A stretch of DNA of 64,000 bases from Eledone cirrhosa. Lineage: Eukaryota. A model generated the notes under the pieces. The model was not told where the DNA came from, did not search any database, and worked only from the letters and a program-made list of their open reading frames with translations. This document shows, in pieces, positions 29,531 through 44,084 of the stretch (position 1 is its first letter; every line of letters begins with the position of its first letter). The position numbers and the translations under genes are program-made. The stretch lies in the NCBI GenBank assembly GCA_964016885.1, contig OZ024753.1, positions 34,968,001 through 35,032,000 on the forward strand, read 5' to 3'.

Positions 29531-30007
29531 GCCAATAATGCTTAGAGCAATGATCAAATCAGGGACTATCCAAGTTTGACAAAATTCCAATTGAAAAGAT
29601 GTAGAAGATCTGTAAACTGGCTCTCAGCTTCATCAACTAATGGCAATCTGATATTTTGTCAAGATGGTCGGCTTTAAGTGCTATCTTGGAATATTGTCAG
29701 ATTGGTTGATATGATCCAAGAAATCAATAACTTGCAGCAAGAGGCAAAAATATTCAATGTTGAGAACATGGAGTATATATATGTATGGACTTGTAACTCC
29801 TTGTAGAGTTGTAAGACCACCGAAGTGACATATGGTGTTTCTTGGGCATTTAAAACCTGATGGAAGCCATCCATCTCTCTCCATGTCTAAACACAAGTGA
29901 TTTCTTCTTGGGAAAATAAACTATTTCTCAACCAATTCATTCAGACTTTTTTTTTGTTGCTTTTTTAATGTTTAGTCAAAGAGAGAAAGTTGGGAAGAAA
30001 GTATTCT

Positions 30008-30509
30008 TAACCCTTTAACATTGAAACCAGAATTCTCTCACCTCTTTCTGTTCAAACTGGCCATAACTGGCTGCTCATACTGACGTTAAGGTATTGTTCT
30101 CAAAATAAATAACAACAAAATCTCATAGATTTGATATTATGTGAGATAATAACTGTTTCTACTTTTGGCACAAGGCCAGCAATTATCCCAGTACATTACT
30201 GGTACTTTATTTTATCGACCCCCCCATAAGGATGAAAGGCAAAGTTAACCTCGGCGGGATTTGAACTCAGAATGGAAAGGGCCGTAACTCTATGCGTCAA
30301 AACATGGCATCCGACCCTCTACCGATACTGCCAATCCACCGCCCTTTTGAGATAATATGTTAGATAATATGTGAGATAATTATGTGAGATAATTATGTGA
30401 GATAATAATGTGAGATAATAATGAGATAATAAATAATAATGAGATAATAAAGCCTTTACCACAAAAATACAATAGTATATATAGAGTAATGTAAATGGTA
30501 AAGGGTTAA
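30008..30509. mobile_element. TTAA MITE with nested SINE A. Other copies: 22779-23079, 28150-28303, 33115-33518, 34722-34935, 62333-62450
   Basis: TTAACCCTTT..AAAGGGTTAA ends; shared internal sequence agaattctctcacctctttctgttcaaac. Confidence 0.75.
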
Positions 30510-30708
30510 ATTGAAGATCTGGCCAAGCTACTGGCACTCAAGACTCAAGTAGTAGTGTTGTTAAACTGAACAACCCCAGGACTTCAATCTGGCATTTATT
30601 TTATCATTAAATATCTGTCAAGCTACAAGTCACTGAAATAAGTAGACATGATATTGTTATTGTCACACAACACACAACCTAGTCTGAGAATAAAACCCAC
30701 AACACTCT

Positions 30709-31340
30709 GATCATAAACCAAACACCCTTACCACTAGGCCACTATAATCATAAACCAAACACCCTTACCACTATGATCATAAACCAAACACCCTTACCAC
30801 TATGATCATAAACCAAACACCCTTACCACTATGATCATAAACCAAACACCCTTACCACTATGATCATAAACCAAACACCCTTACCACTAGGCCACTATGG
30901 TCATGAACCAAACACCCTTACCACTAGGCCACTATGGTCATGAACCAAACACCCTTACCACTAGGCCACTATGGTCATGAACCAAACACCCTTACCACTA
31001 GGCCACTATGGTCATGAACCAAACACCCTTACCACTAGGCCACTATGGTCATGAACCAAACACCCTTACCACTAGGCCACTATGGTCATGAACCAAACAC
31101 CCTTACCACTAGGCCACTATGGTCATGAACCAAACACCCTTACCACTAGGCCACTATGGTCATAAACCAAACACCCTTACCACTAGGCCACTATGGTCAT
31201 GAACCAAACACCCTTACCACTAGGCCACTATGGTCATGAACCAAACACCCTTACCACTAGGCCACTATGGTCATGAACCAAACACCCTTACCACTAGGCC
31301 ACTATGGTCATGAACCAAACACCCTTACCACTAGGCCACG
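30709..31340. repeat. 29/37-bp minisatellite from a SINE head
   Basis: Units gatcataaaccaaacacccttaccactat (29 bp) and ggtcatgaaccaaacacccttaccactaggccactat (37 bp). Confidence 0.93.
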
Positions 31341-32221
31341 TGCTTCCACAAAAACAGAACCACATGTCTGAAAATAGAATTTCATAATAAAACAACCATA
31401 CTTGTTGTTGTTGCTGTTGGAGGAGGAGGAAAGAGCAGGCATTGGTTTCTATTTTATTTTCAACCCTAAGGTTGACATCTGGCTAACTTTCTAACTTATT
31501 TTATATAGAATGTCTGAGAATATTTTTTTTCAGTTTTGATAATGATAAATGCCACAGCTGTTACGTTTAAAGCTATTTTACTTTACATTTAATTGACTTG
31601 TTTTTTGTTTACTTTTGTTTAATTTATTTATTTTTAGTTTTGTTCGATTTATATTTTTATAATTTTTATTTTGTTGTTGTTGTTTTTTGGGGGTTTTTTT
31701 TTTGTTGTTGTTGTTTTTTTAGGGGTGTTTGTTTTTACAAGTCAGAATTGTTAGAAGCAGATATTAATTGACAAGATAAAGGGATTGTTTACAAAAGGGT
31801 GTGTACCTTTCTCAAGTTAGTAGCAGCAAGATTTACTTTAGAATGAAGTATCGGCTGAGGATTTTGTTTTTTATTTCTATATTTAGAAATAGAGCCCGAA
31901 CATACTCTTCCTATTTTCCTGAGATGTAATCAACAGCAGTGATGGAAATATGGGTGCATGGAGTAGACGGGGAGGGGGATTCTCCCCTACGTTTAACACT
32001 TTTGTTACCAACCCGGTCAAAATTGTCTTTTGTTCTATGAAATAAAGCCACTCATTTTAAAGGTTTCCAATTTAAATTAAAATCTTCCAAAATAATTTTA
32101 TATAAGAACCTTACATTAACTTACTATCTTACTAATGAAATAATTAATAATTTTAGTAAATCCATCAATATTCTTCAATAACTAATTAAAATAGAGTATA
32201 TTTCATTAGAAATGCAGTCAT

Positions 32222-32400
32222 CTTCCTTTTCGCCCACTTATTCCTGGGAGGGTCATGGGGGCAGAGTCTTCAAACACTCCACCCAGGAGTAGACCCCGAG
32301 CAAGATGGTTGAATAACATCCATGAGTTTGGCTGGTCACGCTTGGGGATTCAGCCAGATCAGTTGGAGACAGTTGCTTCTGACAAGGCCCACTGGAGAGG
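32222..32400 (+). mobile_element. RTE-like 3' fragment (related piece at 27890-28050)
   Basis: RPRARWLNNI..GWSRLGI..ASDKAHWR; shared cccttattcctg.gagggtcatgggggcaga sequence. Confidence 0.55.
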
Positions 32401-35400
32401 TGCAATCGTGAAAGGGTTAAATTGGGGAGTAGTCTTTAGCCTCACAGACCTTAAATTAATTTCCATCATTGGTCAATGGTCTGGTGGTAGTCCAGTTGGA
32501 ACACAAAGTATCCATCCTCTTCAGTGTGAGTCAAGAAACAAGGAGTGTTTGTTGCAAGAGATATATATTTTACACACACGCGTTACTTGCATTGAGAGAG
32601 GAGGGGTGAAGGGAGAGGAGGTAAATATATAAAAGTGAAGTATATGTAAAAAAAAAAAAATGATAAAAGAATTGTTATCACAAAAGGTTAGCTGAAAGAT
32701 AAGATATACTGAATATAAATAAAGAATTGCCTTTGTTGGCTAACATGAGAGAGAGAGAGAGAGAGGGGGGGGAGCAGAAGAGAGAGTGAGGGGGGGAGCA
32801 GAAGAGAGAGTGAGAGATAGAGAGAGAGAGTTCTTTGTAAATAGCAGCCTTAATTATTGCTGCTAACTGATGAGTCAGGAAGTTTGTATTTAAACCCTTT
32901 TGGTACCGAACCATCCCTAGTTATATTTATCTAAAAACCTCCCATTTTTATGTAAGGGCCTACAGATTAATAACGAATAAGTTAGTTATATTACAAATAC
33001 GTCCAAATTATATTTTCAAAACTATTTGGTAATGATTTTCATTAAAAATATAGTAACAAAAGAGTTAAAATAGACCTCTTAGAATGGATTAGAGATACAT
33101 GCTACTTTCATCTCTTAAGCATTTAAACCGGCTGTATCCAGCCAGAATTTTCTCACCTCTATCTGTTCAAACCGGTTGTAACTGGCTTGGCTGCTCATTC
33201 TTATGTTAAGGGATTGTTATCAAAATAAATAATTGTTTCTACGTTCGACACAAGGCCAGCAAATACCCAGTGCATTACTGGTACTTTATTTTATCGACCC
33301 CGTAAGGGTGAAAGGCAAAGTCAACCTCGGCGGGATTTGAACTCACATCGTAAAGGGACGTAACTATGCTGGAAAGCATGGCGTCCGACCCTCTACCGAT
33401 ACTGCCAATCCACCGCCCTCAAAATAAATAATATCAAAATCTCATATTTCGATATTATGTGAGATAAAACTTTTACTATGAAAATGTAATATAGAATAAT
33501 GTAAATGCTAAAGGGTTAAGGAAGTTTAAAGATAAATGTCCTTGCTGCCATATAAACTCATTCCCAAACTTCAATGATATGTGTGGTTAATGTTTCTAAA
33601 AACAAATTTCTTCTTGGATAATTAAAGTGGGTAGTGCTGGTGCCATGGTAAAAAGCACACAGCCTACCCTGAATGATAGAATAGGCTCACAACAAAAAGC
33701 ACCCAATCCACCCTGTATTGTTGTAGTGTTGGTGCCATGATAAAAAGCACACAATCCACCCTGTATGGTGGTAATATTGGTGCCATAACAAAAAGCACCC
33801 ATTCCACCCTGTAAGTTGGGTAGTACTCATGCCATGATAAAAAGCACACAGTCCACCCTGTATGATGGTAATATGGGTGCCACAACAAAAAGCACCAGTC
33901 CCACCCTGTATTGTTGGGTCATTGTTGCAACAAAACCTGGTGCCAAACTGTAGATGTTTATGTCTTTGGACAACATAGTTGCCATGGAGAGGATCGACTA
34001 GCATGTATAGGCAGCTGCTGGTCTTCCACAAAAAACTTTGTCAAGGCTTGCACCCTGGTGAGGAACTTTCTAGGTGCAACCTCATGGTCAGTCATGACCA
34101 AAGGAGGCCCTCCCTCTATCTACAACTGGATGCTGTTCCTATCACCAAGCAATTTACCGGGTGTACTGGGTGTATTTTATCACAGCACTAAAGGGGTTGT
34201 CTTGTTCTCAGCAAAGAGTTCTCTCCATCCTATGTTGTCCCCATTTGTTTGCCAACACCAATGCCTCTTGACCTCTTTTCAACTTAGGTCCTATAAATGT
34301 TTAACATTTTTCCCTTGCTATTTTAGCAGTCGTATTTTATTTTCCTAAATATCTCTCCCACTTCACAGATAATTCATCAGTCCACTTAGCTATAGTAGGA
34401 TATCCTATTCTATTCTATTAATATACAACATGGCCAAACAAGGATTTACCCCATCAATACAAACAAATTCATCAGTGGGCCTGCTGCTCTTTGCATAATT
34501 TATTTATCAACCCTGAAAGGATGGATGGAAAAGTTGACCTCAACGGGATTTCAACTCAGAGCACAGAGAACCAGGACAAATACCACAAAGTACTTCACCT
34601 TCTCATAACCATATTTCTAAAAGAATTTAAAAAAAATTTTTAAATACTACCTATGATTTTTCAAATAATTTTGAAAGTAAACAAGAATTTGGAAGGATTT
34701 AGTAAAATAGCATTCTCATTATTAACCCTTTAACATTTACATTATTCTATATTTCTATATTTACTATTTTATTTTCATGGTAAAGGTATTATCTCACATA
34801 ATATTGAATTTATGAGATTTTGATATCATTTATTTTGAGAACAATACCTTAACATCAGTATGAGCAGTCAGGTATGGCCAGTTTGAACAGAAAGAGGTGA
34901 GAGAATTCTTTCTGGTTTAAATGCTAAAGGGTTAAGTTGGTGTTTAAAATAAAGTTGCTTACATACAATTATTACATGATGATTTAAGGCTATTAAATAA
35001 ATATAGGCATTTTAAAATAAACAGCTTTGTAGCATAGAATCAAGAGTGGCTTTATGTGGTTTGATATCAAAAATTACTTGAAGTTGTATAATATATCTAG
35101 TAGATTCTTGAAAATACGCAAACCACCTCATTCACTATGACACTGATATGAACCTAAACAATGTGGGAAAACGCTCTCCAGCATGAAGTATCTTAAGCAC
35201 ATTCTGACTCGAATTTTGTGTAAATGTTTGTTTTGTTTACAGAGATGTGTGAATGTATTAGGATGATAGATAAGTGATGAAAAGAGAGATGTTACGCATA
35301 TAATTATGGTAGCTAAGCGTATGAAGATGTAGACTTAGTGAAACTACAGATGTAGGAAGATTAATGCAAAGAGAAGCAATCACCTCTCCACACCGGGGCA

Positions 35401-35669
35401 CAAAATTTCCTCCGGCTAATTATGCCTATTAATTAAGGTGGAACCCCACAAATGTGTTTTAGCCCCTGGACACTGAAAGCCCTTGCCATGTCACTGGGTT
35501 ATATGAAGCTTATTTTTTTTAAAATTACACCAAGTCTCATTTTGAGGCTCCTGCAAATTATGGGGGATCTAAGCAGTAGCTTGTTTAGCTTCTGCCTAAA
35601 TTCAACACTCTGAAAATGAGTTATTGTTGTTAGTTATTTGTTAGAAGGTGAGTAGTTTAGGATTTAGAA

Positions 35670-37317
35670 CAGGGGCATGCAACAGGCTGAATTGTGGCCC
35701 GCGGGCCACAATTCAGCCCGCCAGACCAGTCAGAGTGGCCCGCGATGACCGTTTTTAATTTTTACCTTGTAGGCTTATTTAGAATTTTTTTCATAACCGT
35801 AATACAATTTTCTGTTAGTTGACCTATAGTAAAGGGCTTCACTGATAGGGTTATGTGTGTTATGTCCCAGTTGACCTATACTAAAGGGCTCCACTGATAG
35901 GGTTCATTCATTTCATTTTACGTCCACTTTTTCCCTGCTTGCAAGGGTGCAACGGGAACTGATTCTGGCTTGATTTCTACAGCTGGATGCCCTTCCTAAC
36001 GCCAACCTCATTTACAGTGAGTGCTGGGTGCTTTTTTTTGCCATGGCACCTGCACGACCACTTTGCAGTGGAATGATATGGACCCCAGTCCCTATCATCT
36101 CATTTCTACAGCTGAGTAAACTGGAGCAATGTGAAATAAAGTGTCTTGCTCAAGGAAACAACACATCACCCGGTCTGAGAATTGAACTCACAACCTTTCG
36201 ATTGCAAGGCCAATGCTCTAACCACTAAGCCATGTGCCTTGTGTGTGTTATAATGTCCCAGTTGACCTATACTAAAGGGCTCCACTGAAGGGTTATGTGT
36301 ATTATAATGTCCCAGTTGACCTATACTAAAGGGCTCCACTGATAGGGTTATGTGTGTTATAATGTCCCAGTTGACCTATACTAAAGGGCTCCACTGATAG
36401 GGTTATGTGTGTTATAATGTCTTCTGTTGACCTATACTAAAGGGCTCCACTGATAGGGTTATGTGTGTTATAATGTCCCAGTTGACCTATACTAAAGGGC
36501 TCCACTGATAGGGTTATGTGTGTTATAATGTCCCAGTTGACCTATACTAAAGGGCTCCACTGATAGGGTTATGTGTGTTATAATGTCCCAGTTGACCTAT
36601 ACTAAAGGGCTCCACTGATAGGGTTATGTGTGTTATAATGTCCCAATTGACCTATACTAAAGGGCTCCACTGATAGGGTTATGTGTGTTATAATGTCCCA
36701 GTTGACCTATACTAAAGGGCTCCACTGAAGGGTTATGTGTGTTATAATGTCTTCTGTTGACCTATACTAAAGGGCTCCACTGATAGGGTTATGTGTGTTA
36801 TAATGTCCCAGTTGACCTATACTAAAGGGCTCCACTGAAGGGTTATGTGTGTTATAATGTCTTCTGTTGACCTATACTAAAGGGCTCCACTGAAGGGTTA
36901 TGTGTGTTATAATGTCCCAGTTGACCTATACTAAAGGGCTTCACTGATAGGGTTATGTGTGTTATAATGTCCCTGTTGACCTATACTAAAGGGCTCCACT
37001 GATAGGGTTATGTGTGTTATAATGTCCCAGTTGACCTATACTAAAGGGCTCCATTGAAGGGTTATGTGTGTTATAATGTCCCAGTTGACCTATACTAAAG
37101 GGCTCCACTGATAGGGTTATGTGTGTTATAATGTCTTCTGTTGACCTATACTAAAGGGCTCCACTGAAGGGTTATGTGTGTTATAATGTCCCAGTTCCAT
37201 GTTATGGAAAGAAGTTGTGGTAAATCTTTGGAATAGTGCTTAATAAATATCAATTGCCCTAATAGTAGTTCCAATGTTCAAAAGTGGCCCTCGAATGGAA
37301 TATGTGGCACACCCCTG
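35670..37317. mobile_element. hAT (Charlie-like) non-autonomous element hosting the 55-bp array
   Basis: TIRs CAGGGGCATGCAACA / TGTGGCACACCCCTG; 8-bp TSD atttagaa/atttagag. Confidence 0.75.
35817..37196. repeat. 55-bp minisatellite interrupted by a SINE
   Basis: Unit gttgacctatactaaagggctccactgatagggttatgtgtgttataatgtccca. Confidence 0.95.
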
Positions 37318-38813
37318 ATTTAGAGTGGTAACATTCATGATGTTATTGTTTCTATATCAGGATATGGGTCTGCCAATGTATTTCCTTGGTAATGAGAGAG
37401 GATATACAGTTATTATATAGTAGATTCCAGCAAGTACACAAACAACCTTGTTCACAACCACACTGGTTAAGTGCCTGGACAATGTGGGAGGATGTTCTCC
37501 AATGTGGATAATCCTTGGCGGATGCCACCTCATGGAGCCAGAGGAGAGAATAGAGAAAGCATTCCCCTGAATGAGAGCGGGGGGAGATGCGTTGAAATGT
37601 TGTGTATAATGAAATTGTTTGGGGATGTTTGTAGTGAAGGTGTGTAGCCTAGTGGGACATTTAAGTGCTAGCGATTAGTAATGATAGCTATACACTTATT
37701 ATGTTAATGTGTAAATGGTTGTTCGAGTTTTTCTTTTTTTTTTTGTTTGGCTTTTATCTTTAAAGAAAAAATATTATTTTAATTGCAGTTAATTCACACA
37801 CTGACCATCAGATTTCAACCAAAGTGGGTGCGTGTGTATGTGCGTGTGTATGTGTGTGTGTGTGTTTGTGTCTGTGTTTGTGTATGTGTGTGCATGTATA
37901 TATACGTGTATGTATGTGTCAGTGTGTGCGCGCGCATGTGTATGTGTGTTACATAACCACGAGCAAAAGACTAGAAGGGAAAAAGCTAATCATTAATGAA
38001 TGAAAGTTGAGTGACAGCTTGCTTTACTAACCTAAGACAGGCAGGTTACGTGACAGCTAAATCTTGCATACAATCGGACTTTATTCAACATTTTGTTTGT
38101 TTGTTTTGTTCTAGTGTTTTTGTTTTTGTTTTATTTTGTTTTGTTATCTATCCTCAGCAATGACAAGAAAATGATAGAGCATGATTATATTCGTTTAAAA
38201 TATATCTACATAACTAATAATAGACACAAAGTTACGTTTGTGAAAATATTCAACTCATTAAATATTAAAATGCTGGCCATAACAAACTACTCTTCACATT
38301 TGCATTAAACACCTGAATGTAAATAGCTAAGAATGTGTTACATAATAAAATTAACACGTAAATTATACAATTAAATCTCAAAAAGAGAAAAAAAACCAAG
38401 GTTTTAAAAGAGATGAGCGACTGATGAAAGAGAAAGCTAACGGGAAAGTAGATGTTAAGTAAGGGAGTGAGGACGATAAAATTATAAGAATACAAGACTA
38501 CATTATATTCGATATTCAATAGATGTTAAACGATTTAATGATGACCCATTAAATGAAAACCTAACAACCAAGTGTTTAATCCTCAACGGCGAAAATTAAA
38601 TAGATGTCGGTGTAATATGTAAGAAAAACGATAACATTTCCTCACTTCAACGAGGTGAAATTAACTTAGTGTTTTATGAAATCGATAAGCAAGTAAACAC
38701 GATGACATTAGACAGAAAAACAAAAACAGTGAATGTTTATAACAATGAGAATCAACAGTGTAGACAGGCGGATAAAGAGAATGAAGTCAACACAGAAAAA
38801 AGTAAAGATTGAC

Positions 38814-38845
<32 letters not shown>

Positions 38846-39125
38846 AGATCAAAAGATGGTTAATAATTTTTTTCTCTTCGTTAATTTTGAAATTGCCATA
38901 ATACCTATAAACATACACCTTTTTGACGTTAGAATATTCATCCGCAATCATTATTTTTTCTCTCTATCTTCAAACTTTTTAATCTCAAAATTAACGAAGA
39001 GAAAAAAATTATTAACCATCTTTTGATCTTATATATTATGTATACTCCAGTCCTACAAACTGTAGAGTGCTTCTTATCCGATATCTGCATTGCTTTATTG
39101 TACTACAATAAAACTCACCTCCTAC

Positions 39126-39176
<51 letters not shown>

Positions 39177-39207
39177 TAAATGGAAACTATCTTAATAAAA
39201 GCATATT

Positions 39208-39268
39208 TATGTTATTATATATATTTCAAGGGTACCAACATTTTGGCACGCTCTCATCAGATAAAATA
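39208..39268 (-). ncRNA. Type I hammerhead ribozyme
   Basis: UAUUUUAU-CUGAUGA-GAGCGUGCCAA AAUG UUGGUACCCUU-GAAA-UAUAUAUA^AUAACAUA. Confidence 0.7.
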
Positions 39269-40115
39269 CAAAAGTTGTTTTACAGATAGTGACATATTCA
39301 AAAACAAGAACTAATCGTTTTAAGTTCTGTTTGAATCATCAGAAGAACCCTGATGATTTCTCCCGAATGAAACAGTTCTAGTACTGTAGAAGCCATTTCT
39401 ATATTATATATTAAATATTTATACTCTGCTATGTATTGCGTACCTTACTTACTATGATTAGCCCCAATTGAACCCGGGATAAACATATATATATATATAT
39501 AAATAAATAAATAAATTAACACACATATATATATATGACACACCCGCTCCACGTTGAGAATTACGTTTGCAGTCGGGTATTAAAGCTATTATAACATAGG
39601 TATCCGTAAAGAAGATACACCACCCAAATAGTGAATCATCGTTTTGCTATAACAGACAACAGATTCGGGCGTTAGAACTTAGCAACACTTAAAAAAAAGC
39701 TGTAAAATATGGAAAACGAACAGTTTTCTACTATTATTACTAGTAATGCACTGGGTAATTGCTGGCCTTGTGCCTAAAGTAGAAACAATTATTACTATTA
39801 TCAAACATTCAGTTTATTATTTGTCGAAATAAGGTATCAGGCAAACAAATGACTAGATCCACGCACAAAATAAATTCGGAGAGGTTCCATTAAAATAATA
39901 CAGATAATCTTATAATTGTATTATTACATTATTGTCGAGTAATTCTATCCTTTCGGTGTTGATTTAAAAAAAAAGGTACCCGTCTAGTACTGGGGTCAAT
40001 TCTACCTTTATATCTCTCCATCCTTCTCTAGAAGAAATCGGCTGTTCAGATCTGGAGAGGGGATGGACCCGCCAGGTTTTAAAAATGCCCAAGAAATGCA
40101 AGGTGCCCCTCTGAC

Positions 40116-40274
40116 CAGGGTCGTCATAACAGCATTATAGGCCCCCGGGCAAAGCAGAGCACTGGGGTCCCTATCTACACAACCACTCACAGGAATAAAA
40201 ATACAAATGGGCCCCCTATCCTCGTGGGGCCCCCGGGCAACTTCCAAGCGTGCCCATGCGTTAAGAGGGCCCTG
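40116..40274. mobile_element. GC-rich hAT-type MITE
   Basis: TIRs CAGGGTCGTCATAAC / GTTAAGAGGGCCCTG; perfect 8-bp TSD cctctgac. Confidence 0.85.
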
Positions 40275-40348
40275 CCTCTGACTTCATCGAGAATTACGGG
40301 ACAATAAATACGCAAGTTGACAATAATCAAATGCTAATTCTTGTTATA

Positions 40349-40516
40349 CAGGTAAAATTCCGTTATAACGAATACCATTATAACGATTTTTTTTTTCAAT
40401 CCCCGTAATAACAAACACACGCTCGATTTGTTTCGGTCGATCTAGTTATAAAGAATTTTTCGTTACAACGAATTTTTTTTATACTCCGTGAATTTCGTTA
40501 TAACGGAATTTCACTG
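40349..40516. mobile_element. Tc1-mariner/pogo (Tigger-like) MITE
   Basis: TIRs CAG(G)TAAAATTCCGTTATAACGAA / TTCGTTATAACGGAATTTCACTG; TA TSD. Confidence 0.85.
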
Positions 40517-40687
40517 TATTAAAATTTTAAAAAAAAGTTTCACACTCTTGTATTTCCTTAAAACCATGTTGCAGGCAGTTGATGAGGCTGGAGAGTTGAG
40601 CACACGGCTAGACATGAATGACAAAATATACTTTGATTTACACGTGCCACTAAAATCGGTGCAAATAAACCTAAAAATCTGGCGTGT

Positions 40688-42437
40688 ACATACACATATG
40701 ACCATGTACCTACATACACATATGACCTACATACACATATGACCATGTACCTACATACACATATGACCATGTACCTACATACACATATGACCATGTACCT
40801 ACATACACATATGATCATGTACCTACATACACATATGATCATGTACCTACATACACATATGACCATGTACCTACATACACATATGACCATGTACCTACAT
40901 ACACATATGATCATGTACCTACATACACATATGATCATGTACCTACATACACATATGATCATGTACCTACATACACATATGACCATGTACCTACATACAC
41001 ATATGACCATGTACCTACATACACATATGACCATGTACCTACATACACATATGATCATGTACCTACATACACATATGACCATGTACCTACATACACATAT
41101 GATCATGTACCTACATACACATATGACCATGTACCTACATACACATATGATCATGTACCTACATACACATATGACCATGTACCAACATACACATATGATC
41201 ATGTACCTACATACACATATGACCATGTACCTACATACACATATGACCATGTACCTACATACACATATGACCATGTACCTACATACACATATGACCATGT
41301 ACCTACATACACATATGACCATGTACCTACATACACATATGATCATGTACCTACATACACATATGATCATGTACCTACATACACATATGACCATGTACCT
41401 ACATACACATATGACCATGTACCTACATACACATATGACCATGTACCTACATACACATATGATCATGTACCTACATACACATATGACCATGTACCTACAT
41501 ACACATATGATCATGTACCTACATACACATATGACCATGTACCTACATACACATATGATCATGTACCTACATACACATATGACCATGTACCAACATACAC
41601 ATATGACCATGTACCTACATACACATATGATCATGTACCTACATACACATATGACCATGTACCTACATACACATATGACCATGTACCTACATACACATAT
41701 GACCATGTACCTACATACACATATGACCATGTACCTACATACACATATGACCATGTACCTACATACACATATGACCATGTACCTACATACACATATGACC
41801 ATGTACCTACATACACATATGACCATGTACCTACATACACATATGACCATGTACCTACATACACATATGACCATGTACCTACATACACATATGATCATGT
41901 ACCTACATACACATATGACCATGTACCTACATACACATATGACCATGTACCTACATACACATATGACCATGTACCTACATACACATATGACCATGTACCT
42001 ACATACACATATGATCATGTACCTACATACACATATGACCATGTACCTACATACACATATGACCATGTACCTACATACACATATGACCATGTACCTACAT
42101 ACACATATGACCATGTACCTACATACACATATGATCATGTACCTACATACACATATGATCATGTACCTACATACACATATGACCATGTACCTACATACAC
42201 ATATGACCATGTACCTACATACACATATGACCATGTACCTACATACACATATGATCATGTACCTACATACACATATGATCATGTACCTACATACACATAT
42301 GACCATGTACCTACATACACATGATTATGTACCTACATACACATATGATCATGTACCTACATACACATATGATCATGTACCTACATACACATATAACCAT
42401 GTACCTACATACACATGATTATGTACCTACATACACA
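40688..42437. repeat. 24-bp minisatellite, ~70 copies
   Basis: Unit acatacacatatga(c/t)catgtacct; source of the 559- and 582-aa ORFs. Confidence 0.97.
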
Positions 42438-42734
42438 AACAGGCGAGAGAGAAAAGGGTTGAGTGAGTGTGAGAAAACAAGACGTGGAGATTCTATTCTT
42501 TTGACTGTCAAAAACATACAATTATTACGCACACAAAAGGTGTGAGAACTTTGTTGAGCGATTCTGTTGAGGGTGTAACTTACTAACCTTCATAAATTTA
42601 TGTTACAAGTTAACACATACAAATAATAATTTATATAATTTACCGAAATTATGACATTGTTATTAACATTAAAATTTAAAAAATTAAAAATTTGATTTTC
42701 TTTCAGTCGAAAGGATAAATATATATATATATAT

Positions 42735-43380
42735 GTTTCTTTTATTTGCCACTAGGGCATCAAAAGTGGGACAAGTACAAAGGGTGGAGTTTACACAAAA
42801 AGGCGTCCTCAATAAGGAGGAGGCAATAACAAAATATAAAAATAAAATAAGATATAACAAAAAATAAAATTTTTAACAAAATCCTCAATAGAGAGGAGGC
42901 GCCTTGGGGGGTCGCACACACCCCCGAAAAAAGTGTGCAACCCTTCTCCTCAGGAGCACAGAGAAGGGGTGCTCCCTTGGTCTTTCATCTTCCTCACCTA
43001 TAGTCTGATGTAGAGTGAAGGCCCATTCACACGGGCCATTCTCGCCACTTTCACCCATCTTTCATAGAAACGGCTGGGGTGCAGCACCTCTCTCTCCATC
43101 CTGATCCTTCTTCCGAAATGATATCGGAAGAAACGGACCAGTTGTTGGCCAGAGAGAAAGGTGCCCGACCTCAGTCCTTTCAGACGCGTCCACCATACAA
43201 CCTCTTTCGCCATGGCTATTACGCACAGAAACACCGCCTCTGCTTCATCTTTGAAGGGGGGAGGCGGCTTGATCATTACAATAGACTCGGTGGTCAACCG
43301 GATCGGTCCCACCCTTGACAGCAGTTGTTCGACATAGCCCCACAGATCGGCTACGCCCGAGCAGTGTACCAATGCGTGTG
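42735..43380 (-). mobile_element. L1/Tx1-clade LINE 3' end
   Basis: HC..V.DLW..VEQLL...AKEVVWWTR...F.ERW C-terminal pattern; 3'UTR with AATAAA next to (TA)n. Confidence 0.7.
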
Positions 43381-43609
43381 CAACGGTTTATAAACACACA
43401 CACACACACACACACATCTGTGTGTGTGTGTGTGTTTCCCGGGTTCAATCGGGGGTAACCACAGTAAGTAAGGTACTCAATACAAAGTAGAGTATAAATG
43501 TTTAATATAGAAATGGCTTCTACAGGACGAGAACTGTTTCATTCGAAGGAAATCATCAGGAAAGTCCATATATATATATATATATATATAATCTTTTGAT
43601 CTTATATAT

Positions 43610-43681
<72 letters not shown>

Positions 43682-43711
43682 CACGGGTGCGTATGATTGT
43701 GTATAAAAGAT

Positions 43712-44084
43712 TATATTAATAAAAGGAATTCCAACTTTGTCTGATTTTTTTCTCGTTTTATTTACAATCCTTTAAAATTTATAATGGTATTAGAATGAAA
43801 TAGTATGGTAGAATATTAAATGTTAAGTGTTAATTGAACAAATACTTTCATGCTTTCGCAATCTTCAGGTTCATAATGTGTGGTGACAGTCAAGTTTGCA
43901 ATTTTCAACTGAAAATTGCAAACTTGACTGTCACCACACATTTTGAACCTGAAGATTGCGAAAGCATGAAAGTACTTGTTCAATTAACACTTAACATTTA
44001 ATATTCTAATACCATTATAAATTTTAATGGATTGTAAATAAAACGAGTAAATCAGACAAAGTTGGAATTCCTTTTATTAATATA
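43712..44084. repeat. ~370-bp imperfect palindrome
   Basis: Centre 43908/43909; arms differ by a few substitutions and indels. Confidence 0.93.
43943..43983 (+). ncRNA. Minimal hammerhead ribozyme (mirror copy ~43834-43873 on minus)
   Basis: UUGAAC-CUGAAGA-UUGC GAAA GCAU-GAAA-GUACUU^GUUCAA; palindromic stem III AAGUACUU. Confidence 0.68.

Noticed and set aside
30709-37196. CRISPR-like appearance of the tandem arrays
   Set aside because: No unique spacers, no cas genes, eukaryotic context.
40558-42418. 582- and 559-aa ORFs
   Set aside because: Products of a stop-free 24-bp tandem repeat.
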